Origin: an uncultured candidatus Porisulfidus sp.
GTDB lineage: Bacteria > Pseudomonadota > Gammaproteobacteria > Poriferisulfidales > Oxydemutatoraceae
Length of the DNA stretch: 64,000 nucleotides
NCBI GenBank assembly: GCA_965215125.1
Contig: OZ244052.1
Span: forward strand, 704,001 to 768,000
Direction: 5' to 3'
Positions 55,261 through 63,383 of the stretch are shown here, one piece after another (within the stretch, counting starts at the first letter, position 1; each line of letters begins with the position of its first letter). The translations under genes and the position numbers were made by a program. The notes beneath the pieces were generated by a model. The model did not search any database. It saw nothing but the letters and a program-made list of their open reading frames with translations, and was not told the DNA's origin.

Positions 55261-56787
55261 TTATACACGCAATAATTTATCCAAAGTTCTGTATGCAATC
55301 GCCTCCAGCAAGTGGGGTTCTTCTATTGCTTCGCTAGCCGTTAGATCGGCAATCGTTCTGGCAACCTTCAGAATCCGGTAATACGCGCGGGCCGATAATT
55401 CCATTTTATCTATAAAACGCGTCAATAAATTCTGTTCCGCTTGCTTGAGCCTACAAAAATAGTCTATCTCTTTACCCTCCAATAGCGCATTGTTCTTGCC
55501 TTGCCTTTGTAATTGTATTTGCCAAGCCGATAATACACGTGCTTGTATTGCCGCACTGGTTTCACTGCGTGATGTGATCCGATTCAGCTTGCTCCATTGA
55601 ATACGCGGCACGCGTATATGTAAATCTATACGATCCAACATGGGAGACGAAAGTCTACGATAATAATGTATGAGCCTCTGCTCACTACAGTTGCAGCGAC
55701 CGTACTCATCTACATCGGAGCCGTCGGGGCAAGGGTTCATTGCCGCGATGAGTTGAAAACGGGCGGGGTATGTTACGCTTAAAGATGCACGGGCCAGGTT
55801 AATTGCACCGGTCTCTATAGGTTCGCGTAAGCCGTCTATGGCTTGACGGCTGAACTCGGTCAACTCATCTAAAAAAAGAACACCGTTGTGTGCCTTGGAT
55901 ATTTCACCCGGTTTGGGATGCGTGCCGCCACCGAGCAAAGCAGCTGCCGACGCGCTGTGATGCGGCGAGCGAAACGGTCGGAGATAAAAATTATTCGGTG
56001 TTAATGCTTCTGCCCCCAACGACATAATGGACGCGGTTTCTATTGCTTCATTTTTGTTCATCAACGGCAGAATAGTCGGGAAACGTTGCGCCAACATCGT
56101 CTTGCCACTGCCGGGAGACCCCATCATCAAGCAGTGATGACGACCGCTCGCAGCAATTTCCAATGCCCGTACGGCGTGACCTTGTGCGTGCACTTCGGAC
56201 ATATCACCGACATCGACTATCGTTGTGGCTTCCTTCAGAGGCGATACCGATTTCGGTTCATTTAGTTCGCTCAACCAGCGATACACTTCGATCAAATGCT
56301 CGGCACAATAGATTTGGGCTTGCGGCTGCGCGGATAAAATCAAGCCTGCTTCTCTTTCGTTGGCATGAGGGATAATCAGCCGTCGCTTTGCCTTGATGGC
56401 GGCGAGGATGATCGGAATAACACCTTTTACCGATAGCAGTTCACCGCTTAAACTGAGTTCGGATAAAAACTCGTAGCCGACTAGTTTCTCATGCTCTAAC
56501 TGACCGCTCGCAGCCAGTATGCCCAGCGCGATAGGCAGATCAAAACGCCCACCCTCTTTGGGTAAATCAGCAGGAGACAAATTAACCGTAACCCGTTGCT
56601 GAGGAAATTTGAATTGATTATGCGACAGTGCGGCGCGAACCCGATACTGACTTTCTTTAACCACCGTTTCGGGTAAGCCTACAATATGCATGCGCGGAAG
56701 TCCCGAAGCGATAAATACTTCTACCTTCACCGCGATTGCTTCAATCCCGCTACAGGTTCTGCTATGTACGATTGCAAGACGCATCAA
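55261..56787 (-). CDS. comM: YifB/ComM Mg-chelatase-like AAA+ ATPase
   Basis: VGLPETVVKES, GSPGSGKTMLA, RSPHHSAS, GVLFLDE, AAMNPCP. Confidence 0.9.
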   Translation of the reverse strand: MMRLAIVHSRTCSGIEAIAVKVEVFIASGLPRMHIVGLPETVVKESQYRVRAALSHNQFKFPQQRVTVNLSPADLPKEGGRFDLPIALGILAASGQLEHEKLVGYEFLSELSLSGELLSVKGVIPIILAAIKAKRRLIIPHANEREAGLILSAQPQAQIYCAEHLIEVYRWLSELNEPKSVSPLKEATTIVDVGDMSEVHAQGHAVRALEIAASGRHHCLMMGSPGSGKTMLAQRFPTILPLMNKNEAIETASIMSLGAEALTPNNFYLRPFRSPHHSASAAALLGGGTHPKPGEISKAHNGVLFLDELTEFSRQAIDGLREPIETGAINLARASLSVTYPARFQLIAAMNPCPDGSDVDEYGRCNCSEQRLIHYYRRLSSPMLDRIDLHIRVPRIQWSKLNRITSRSETSAAIQARVLSAWQIQLQRQGKNNALLEGKEIDYFCRLKQAEQNLLTRFIDKMELSARAYYRILKVARTIADLTASEAIEEPHLLEAIAYRTLDKLLRV

Positions 56788-56929
56788 ATTATTCTCCGTA
56801 AATGTACTAGAATAATTTGAAGTCAGGGCAATGGCCGTTATTTCCGATAAAATCGCCCGATTAACCGACGAGCGACAGGAAATCGGTGCAATACCAGTAC
56901 CGACACTACATTTGTGCAGATATTTTCAC

Positions 56930-57134
56930 GACCACCCCATGAAAAGGTTTTACATTTTGTAATATGTACTAAGATTCTGCACAACGTTACGCCGATTGAC
57001 CTACTGGCTCAATCGGCGGTTCTATTGCGCCTGCCACCCCTCCGAAGGAGGGGAATGTACCGATACTATACTTGTGCAGGCACTTCTGCGACCACCCCGT
57101 CAGGCTACGCCTGCCACCCCTCCAGAGGAGGGGG
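56930..57134. repeat. Long-form plus short-form REP pair
   Basis: CCACCCC...GCCGATTGACCTACTGGCTCAATCGGCG...GCGCCTGCCACCCCTCCGAAGGAGGGG, then CCACCCCGTCAGGCTACGCCTGCCACCCCTCCAGAGGAGGGG. Confidence 0.88.
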
Positions 57135-57161
57135 ATTACCTCCGCTGATAGCATGGTAGGG

Positions 57162-57395
57162 CTACCGTTCGGCTTCGGCAATCCGTTTCTCTAAGTCTTC
57201 AACTTGTTTGAGTAAGCGATGCAACAACGCGACTTGTGCGTCGTATTCTTCGCGACTGACTAGATTCATCTTTTTAATCAATGCCTCCAACCCCAGCCGT
57301 ATGCCCTGCTCTACTTCTTTGCGCGCATCGCCGACGAAAGGTGGCAAACCTTTTATAATCTCCTGCACCAGTTGATTGATCTCTTCCTTTTTCAT
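57162..57395 (-). CDS. ubiK: UbiK/BMFP family accessory factor
   Basis: KMNLVSREEYDAQVALL motif; usual position upstream of yifB/comM. Confidence 0.85.
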   Translation of the reverse strand: MKKEEINQLVQEIIKGLPPFVGDARKEVEQGIRLGLEALIKKMNLVSREEYDAQVALLHRLLKQVEDLEKRIAEAER

Positions 57396-57438
57396 GGATT
57401 ATCGTGGGTATTTATTTTGCGCGTAGTGCCGGGTCTAA

Positions 57439-58530
57439 TCAATGCCGAGTACTGGAAAAATCAATCATTCTCTGGGTTGAGCACAGTGCTTTGCGCCGTA
57501 TTGTCTCGGGAATTTTAACCTCGTTATCAAGTTTATCCAAGGTTTGTTGTAGATTATCCAATCCGTTCATTGCCATCCACGGACAGTGTGCGCAGCTTTT
57601 ACAGGTTGCACCCTCTCCTGCGGTCGGGGCTTCGATGAATTCTTTATTTTTCGCAAGTTGCCTCATTTTATAGAAAATGCGGTTGTCGGTTGCGACGATA
57701 AAACGCTTGTTCGGCAATTCCACGGCAGCCTTGATCAACGCACTGGTAGAACCGACCGCATCGGCTATTTCAATCACCGCTTCGGGAGATTCAGGATGCA
57801 CAAGCACCGCAGCATCGGGATAACGCGCCTTTAACTCTAATACGCCGCTATACTTAAACTCCTCGTGCACGACGCAGCTACCTTGCCACAACAACATGTC
57901 GGCACCGCTTACCTTTTGAATATAACGACCTAAATACCTATCGGGTGCCCAAATAATTTTCTCGTCCTGATCCATCAAATGAGAAATAATCTGCACTGCG
58001 TTGCTGGAGGTGACCACCCAATCGGCAAGTGCCTTGACTTCGGCACTCGTGTTTGCATAAACAACGACTACCCGCTCCGGATGCTGCTTACAAAACGACG
58101 CGAATTGATCGGCAGGGCAACTCAGATCCAACGAACAAGTGGCCTCGAGCGTAGGCATCAACACTCGTTTTTCGGGGTTGAGAATCTTTGCGGTCTCACC
58201 CATGAAACGGACACCCGCAACAACCAAAGTTTCGGATTCGGTGTTTTGACCGAATTTTGCCATCTCCAAAGAATCTCCGACAAAACCACCCGTTTTCTCT
58301 GCCAATTCCTGTATGTCCTCGTGTACATAATAATGGGCAATCAAAGTCGCATTTAGCCTACGAAGTTTCTCGGCGATATATACAAGTCTCAATTCCCGCT
58401 CGCGACCATGATACTCGGGTATAAGCGTACATATATCGGCGGTTATCGGGGCTTTAACCGCAGCTACTTTGGGCATATACCGTATTGCTTGTGATTCAGC
58501 AGAAATCATAATTTCGTATTTCCATAGCAA
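57439..58530 (-). CDS. nadA: Quinolinate synthase
   Basis: [46 protein letters not shown]. True start may be downstream. Confidence 0.95.
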   Translation of the reverse strand: MLWKYEIMISAESQAIRYMPKVAAVKAPITADICTLIPEYHGRERELRLVYIAEKLRRLNATLIAHYYVHEDIQELAEKTGGFVGDSLEMAKFGQNTESETLVVAGVRFMGETAKILNPEKRVLMPTLEATCSLDLSCPADQFASFCKQHPERVVVVYANTSAEVKALADWVVTSSNAVQIISHLMDQDEKIIWAPDRYLGRYIQKVSGADMLLWQGSCVVHEEFKYSGVLELKARYPDAAVLVHPESPEAVIEIADAVGSTSALIKAAVELPNKRFIVATDNRIFYKMRQLAKNKEFIEAPTAGEGATCKSCAHCPWMAMNGLDNLQQTLDKLDNEVKIPETIRRKALCSTQRMIDFSSTRH

Positions 58531-58586
58531 TTACATCAGGGAATAGTTATACATAATACCATATCATGGTACGGAGATACACAGAA

Positions 58587-59099
58587 CTAACCGGCACGCC
58601 GGGTTGTACGCGAAGGAATAGTTCTTTGAATTATGGTTTGCTCTTTGCCCGATAATGCCTGCCATTTGAGTTTTATCAGAAAATACTGTCCCGAACGATT
58701 GATGGTCAATTTTCCTTGAGGAAACAACGGCTTTGTAATACCGAACCGCCGACACTGTGTAGATTTTATTGCTGTCTTGCAACCCCATAAAGCCAACGCA
58801 AAGCCGGCGAACTCCCGAGGATTGCACTTTTTAGAGAAACAGTTAGAAGCACCGACACCGGAATTACCGCTACTTAGATAGTATTCGGGGTGCGGACTGG
58901 CGTATAACACTGCAGAAATTTCATTTAGCAACAGACGCGCTTGTAATGAGCGTATTAGTTCTCTCTCGGTGGACAAATTTTTCTGTTGTAACTGCGCAAA
59001 TCCTAATAACGCGATAACCGAGATTGCCAAAGCAAACAAAAGTTCTATCAAGCTAAATCCCGAACACGCGAAACGACGATGAGAACGAGAGTATCGCAT
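58587..59099 (-). CDS. PilV-like minor type IV pilin
   Basis: Prepilin site GFSLIELL, hydrophobic helix, paired Cys; follows the FimT-like gene. Confidence 0.7.
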   Translation of the reverse strand: MRYSRSHRRFACSGFSLIELLFALAISVIALLGFAQLQQKNLSTERELIRSLQARLLLNEISAVLYASPHPEYYLSSGNSGVGASNCFSKKCNPREFAGFALALWGCKTAIKSTQCRRFGITKPLFPQGKLTINRSGQYFLIKLKWQALSGKEQTIIQRTIPSRTTRRAG

Positions 59100-59102
59100 C
59101 GT

Positions 59103-59657
59103 TCAAGACGAACAGTTACCGACATCGGAGGACCGACCGTCGTTTTGATATTGCACCAAACGCACTCTGCCGCTTTGACTGATGACAAGCTCCGAAATGA
59201 CCTGCGTTGATGATCCTGAACAAAGAATAAAACGTCCGTTGTAATTCGCTTTGCCGAAACGATTATAAGTAATGAATCGTGAGAAAGTTTTTGAGCGTAT
59301 GGCAATGTCTCGGCTATCGCCTTGTTGCACGATCAAAAGACGCTCGCCGCGATCCAATTCTCCATTGACAGAATCGGGATGCTCGATAAAAACAAGCCAA
59401 CCTTTTTCGTAAGATATCCCTGCACAATGCGCGCCATCCTCACTACTGCAAATCGTAGTCGCACTGCCGCTGACCATCGCATAGCTACGCGCAAACTCTA
59501 AGGCTTCCCAAAACCGATGCGTATAATGCATAAATCTATTCTGCTTAACCCAGTAAGCAGGCAATGCCAAAACCGAGACTAACAACAAACCGCTAATCGC
59601 CAGCGTAAGCAACAACTCAATCAATGTGAAACCTGCAGTGTCATTTTTTCTATTCAT
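59103..59657 (-). CDS. FimT/FimU/GspH family pilin
   Basis: GFTLIELL, ARSYAM, ICSSEDGAHC, LVISQSGRVR. Confidence 0.85.
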   Translation of the reverse strand: MNRKNDTAGFTLIELLLTLAISGLLLVSVLALPAYWVKQNRFMHYTHRFWEALEFARSYAMVSGSATTICSSEDGAHCAGISYEKGWLVFIEHPDSVNGELDRGERLLIVQQGDSRDIAIRSKTFSRFITYNRFGKANYNGRFILCSGSSTQVISELVISQSGRVRLVQYQNDGRSSDVGNCSS

Positions 59658-59841
59658 ATTGCCATATTAGACGGCGCAAATAGACACAAAAAATTTATCC
59701 GACCAACAAGCCTAAATAAGCGATAAACAAGATTGGGAGCAAATTGCTAGGAATACTATCACTGTACTTGTGCAGAATGCGCGGCAACCACCCCGTCAGG
59801 CTGCGCCTGCCGCCCTAAGGGCAGACAGATATATTAAACCC

Positions 59842-60045
59842 TGGCTTATTTGATATAAGATAAACGCTTAGGCAGATGCAGTGCCTAGGAAGTCGGAGGA
59901 GACACGCTGCAGGACGGACGAGGCATTAAAGCCTGATGGTATGAAAAGCACTCCTCCGGCGTTATGACTATAGAGCTCGAAAGGCAGCTTGGGACTTTAG
60001 ATCTCGTATTCATCTGTTTGGGCGGCGTAGTCATACTTTCCTAAA
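59842..60045 (+). ncRNA. Putative bridge RNA of the IS110 element (ends approximate)
   Basis: Two stem-internal-loop-hairpin domains, 59892-59960 and 59963-60035, whose loop strands match the target and the donor junction. Confidence 0.75.
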
Positions 60046-60727
60046 CTGTGTTTGATACCTAGTATTTCATTCATTAACCAACCCTTATGGAGTAATTTAT
60101 TATGGAAAACAAACAACCCGTCACGATTGGCGTTGATGTCTCTAAAGACACTTTAGAGGCGGCTCTATTATTCACTGATAATAGTTTTGCCGAGCAACAA
60201 TTTAGTAGTGATGCCCAAGGCATCAAACAGTTGTTAGCTTGGACGAGCAAACACCGCGCACAGCAGTGTCGCATCTGTGTTGAGGCGACCGGCGGTCTTG
60301 AACTAGACCTGTGCATGGCCGGCTATGATGCCGGGCATCCAATCATCGTGGCAGCACCGGTGCTGATCGCTAGATTCCGCGACTCGCTCGGCATACGCAG
60401 TAAAACCGATCGCGTGGATGCGCGTATCATCGCACGCTTCGTATTTGCTATCCCGCCTGAAAACAATTGGCAAAAGCCCTCACCGGCTGTGCAAGCTTTG
60501 CGCGACGCACTGAAATGGCGCAGGGAATTAGTCAAGTGTTGTACGATGTTAAGCAATTGCGCTAATACCCTGCGCGATGCGAAGCAAAAAAAGGTGGCAG
60601 CCACTAGCCTGAAGAACCATGAGAAGCAGATCAATAAGATTAATGCCTCAATGGACAAAATCATCGCTCAAGACGAGCACCTCACACAGCTTCACCAGTT
60701 GCTGTGTTCCATTCCTGGAATCGGGAC

Positions 60728-61831
60728 TCAAACTGCGGCTGCCCTGTGTGCAGTACTGGATGATAATACGTTTCGCCATCCAAAGCAACTCGCTGTACGA
60801 TGCCATGACATATTGGACAAATGGGGACAAAAGGAAGCAAGCTGTTGTGCCGGTGTTTTATAGGCTAGACTTTGGTGCGGTCTCCTGAAGTTATACCGCC
60901 CGAGATACTCAAATAATACGTCGTTAAATTGTGCTAAATCGGTCACTAAAATATCCTCATGATGTGCTACAAACTCCTCCTGAATGGTACGGTTAAATCT
61001 CTCGTCTATGGCATTCATTTTCGGGCAACGAGGATAAGTATAACAGTGTTTAATGTTGTGTCGTTGTAGATAAGCCTCGAAGTCGCCGGCAAACTCGCTC
61101 CCGTTGTCGGTCAGTACTTGAGAGAGGTTGCCGGGGAATACCGTGTCCACCAATCTTGCGAATGTCGCAGCATTTTTACTGTGGGCGCGTCGGCAGGTAA
61201 TGGCAACGGCAAAACGGCTGTAGTGGTCAATCGCAGTGAACAGATAATAGCGTGTTCGATTAACGAAATAATGGATAGTATCCATAGCCACGCAGTGTCC
61301 GGGAAATTGCGCTTTGGCATCTTTGCTGAGACGGTTGCGTGGTTGAGAAGTCTTGCATTTGTGTTTTCTTTTAGAGAGTTTAGGGGGCGAACAGCGCATG
61401 TTGTCGGATGCATCGGCAATCAACCGTGCAATGGTGCGCGGCTTCGGACACTGCAGTTCGCGTGCATCACACCACGGCTTTAAGAAGTAATAAATCTTCG
61501 GCGCACCCATATTCGGATAGCTGTGTCGCAGTCGCCTAATCTCATCGCTGATGTGAGTAGACCAATTACGGCGACGATGCTGCCGAGGTGCTTTACTTGC
61601 GTCTCGCAAAGCGGATACACCGCCCTCGTCAAAGCACTTTTTCCAGCGGTATAGGGTGGAACGGCTCACCCCGACAAAGTCTTGGGTTGCGTTTAAGCCG
61701 TGTTTGTTCCAAAATTCTAATGCATTAAGTTTTTGTTTGGCATCTGTTGCCATCATAGCCTCCGTTTTGTTGGAAAAAGAGGCTATTTTATAAAAACCTG
61801 TAATGCGGTAGCCGATGTGCTGGTTTTGCAT
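60728..61831 (-). CDS. IS481-family DDE transposase (HTH + integrase core)
   Basis: HTH GVSRSTLYRWK; VAMDT, LTDNGSEF, PKMNAIDERFNRTIQEEF, YNFRRPHQSL. Confidence 0.92.
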   Translation of the reverse strand: MQNQHIGYRITGFYKIASFSNKTEAMMATDAKQKLNALEFWNKHGLNATQDFVGVSRSTLYRWKKCFDEGGVSALRDASKAPRQHRRRNWSTHISDEIRRLRHSYPNMGAPKIYYFLKPWCDARELQCPKPRTIARLIADASDNMRCSPPKLSKRKHKCKTSQPRNRLSKDAKAQFPGHCVAMDTIHYFVNRTRYYLFTAIDHYSRFAVAITCRRAHSKNAATFARLVDTVFPGNLSQVLTDNGSEFAGDFEAYLQRHNIKHCYTYPRCPKMNAIDERFNRTIQEEFVAHHEDILVTDLAQFNDVLFEYLGRYNFRRPHQSLAYKTPAQQLASFCPHLSNMSWHRTASCFGWRNVLSSSTAHRAAAV

Positions 61832-61934
61832 GTCGGCTACTTTGATTTAAGAGGTATTTTTCCACTAGGAAAAGTACTTTTCCTAGTGGAAAGATTAGGT
61901 TCTAAAGAGTCCAATATGTATCTGGCATTGTACA
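60794..61934 (-). mobile_element. IS481-family insertion sequence (1141 bp)
   Basis: TGT...ACA ends; imperfect TIRs of about 25 bp (TGTACGATGCCATGACATATTGGAC / TGTACAATGCCAGATACATATTGGAC); CTCGC duplicated at 60789-60793 and 61935-61939. Confidence 0.9.
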
Positions 61935-62342
61935 CTCGCCGCCTATATCGGCATCACGCCCAAGCACAAGCAATCCGGCAACTGCGCATCGCCCACGCCC
62001 ATCTCTAAACAGGGCAATGCCGACCTGCGCACCCTCCTATTTATGGCAGCACTCTCGGCACGTCGGCATAACCTAACCATCCGTGCATTTGCCGACCAAT
62101 TAAGTCGGCGGCGTCCGGAGTTAACTAAAAAGCAGATTATTGTTGCTTGCGCTCATAAGCTCACGCGTATTATTTATGGGGTCACCACGCACAAGCAACC
62201 GTTTGACACGAATTATTGTTGAGCATTTGCGTCCTAAATCGATACTCACAAAAGGAGATAAAAAATGAATAAAACGGCTTGATTTTTAATAAGGCATCAT
62301 GCCAGTCCGCCCCTACAAAGGAGGGAAATGTACCATCATTAG

Positions 62343-63383
62343 TCACTTAACTTCAATTTTTCCCGAGTCTAGATTACTCAAGATTCCGATGGGGGTTGCT
62401 TTTTCAAAACCTTTCTCTAAGAGTAAGTTCATTACTTTCGGTATAGCCGCCGGTGAGCAAGCGATGAGTAGACCGCCGTTGGTTTGAGGATCGGTGAGTA
62501 GGGTTTTGATTTTCTTCGCTTTAGCCGATAAATCTACATCATGGCGGCAATGTTCCCAGTTGCGGATGCCTGCGCCGGTGCTAATACCGTTCGTTGCCAA
62601 ATCTACGGCTTGTTCAATCAACGGGATATTATTCATAACAATGGAGGCTTGCAGTTTTGACGCTCGGCACATCTCCAGTAAATGGCATAATAATCCGAAC
62701 CCGGTGACATCGGTCATCGCATGCACCGACCCCAGCCTTGTGAGCTCGACACCGACATCGTTCAGTTGGCTTGCATGCTTTATCAAGATTTTGTAGCCTG
62801 CTTGATCAAGTTTGTTTTGTTTATAAGCAGCTGCCAATACGCCGATGCCCAGCGGCTTGCTCAATAGCAAGACATCGCCGGATCGTGCCGTGCTGTTCCG
62901 CTTAATATTACTAGGATGCACCAAGCCACAAACCGAGAGACCGTAGAAAGGTTCTTTACAGTCTATGGAGTGTCCGCCTGCCACCGCAACACCGGCACGA
63001 TTACAGCTTGCACTACCGCCCTCTAATATTTGTGCTATCACCTCCGTTGCCACTTTATCGGTCGGCATGCCGAGTATGTTTAATGCCAAAAACGGTTTGC
63101 CACCCATCGCATAAACATCGGATAATGCATTGGCAGCGGCAATGCAACCGAAGTCGAAAGGATTATCTACCGGAGGTGCGAAGAAATCGGTTGTCGCAAT
63201 CAATGCCTGTTTGGAATTAAGTTTATAGAGAGCTGCATCGTCGAAAGTATCGCTACCCGAAATGAGTTGCAAGTCGGATAATACAGGGATATTTTCCAGC
63301 AATTTACCGAGTATATCCGGAGAAATTTTGCATCCGCATCCGCCGCCGTGAGATAATGCCGTTAATTTGAAGTTTTGAGTCAT
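62343..63383 (-). CDS. selD: Selenide, water dikinase (Cys form)
   Basis: HGGGCGCKI, TTDFF, NALSDVYAMGG, GGHSI, TDVTGFGL, DPQTNGGLL. Confidence 0.96.
   Translation of the reverse strand: MTQNFKLTALSHGGGCGCKISPDILGKLLENIPVLSDLQLISGSDTFDDAALYKLNSKQALIATTDFFAPPVDNPFDFGCIAAANALSDVYAMGGKPFLALNILGMPTDKVATEVIAQILEGGSASCNRAGVAVAGGHSIDCKEPFYGLSVCGLVHPSNIKRNSTARSGDVLLLSKPLGIGVLAAAYKQNKLDQAGYKILIKHASQLNDVGVELTRLGSVHAMTDVTGFGLLCHLLEMCRASKLQASIVMNNIPLIEQAVDLATNGISTGAGIRNWEHCRHDVDLSAKAKKIKTLLTDPQTNGGLLIACSPAAIPKVMNLLLEKGFEKATPIGILSNLDSGKIEVK

Larger units (their letters stand above)
60102..62222 (+). pseudogene. IS110 recombinase/transposase split by IS481 (60102-60793 + 61940-62222)
   Basis: DEDD residues in GVDVSKD, CVEATG and KTDRVDA; C-terminal AAYIGITPKHKQSG...ISKQGNADLR...ACAHKL. 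The joined frame is 324 aa. Confidence 0.92.
59826..62299 (+). mobile_element. IS110-family element, flanked by a repeated CA core and interrupted by an IS481
   Basis: Left junction GGGCAGA-CA-GATATATT; right junction AAGGCAT-CA-TGCCAGTCCGCCCCTAC. No TIRs. Encodes a DEDD recombinase. Confidence 0.85.

Noticed and set aside
60794-60863. C-terminus of the 253-aa ORF 60102..60863 as genuine IS110 sequence
   Set aside because: Residues after PKQLA are read-through into the IS481 end; the real C-terminus resumes at 61940.
61733-62008. 91-aa ORF spanning the IS481 right junction
   Set aside because: Chimeric, out-of-frame product of the IS481 leader and the IS110 3' half.
63330-63345. Selenocysteine in SelD
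   Set aside because: Both active-site codons read TGC (HGGGCGCK); there is no in-frame TGA.
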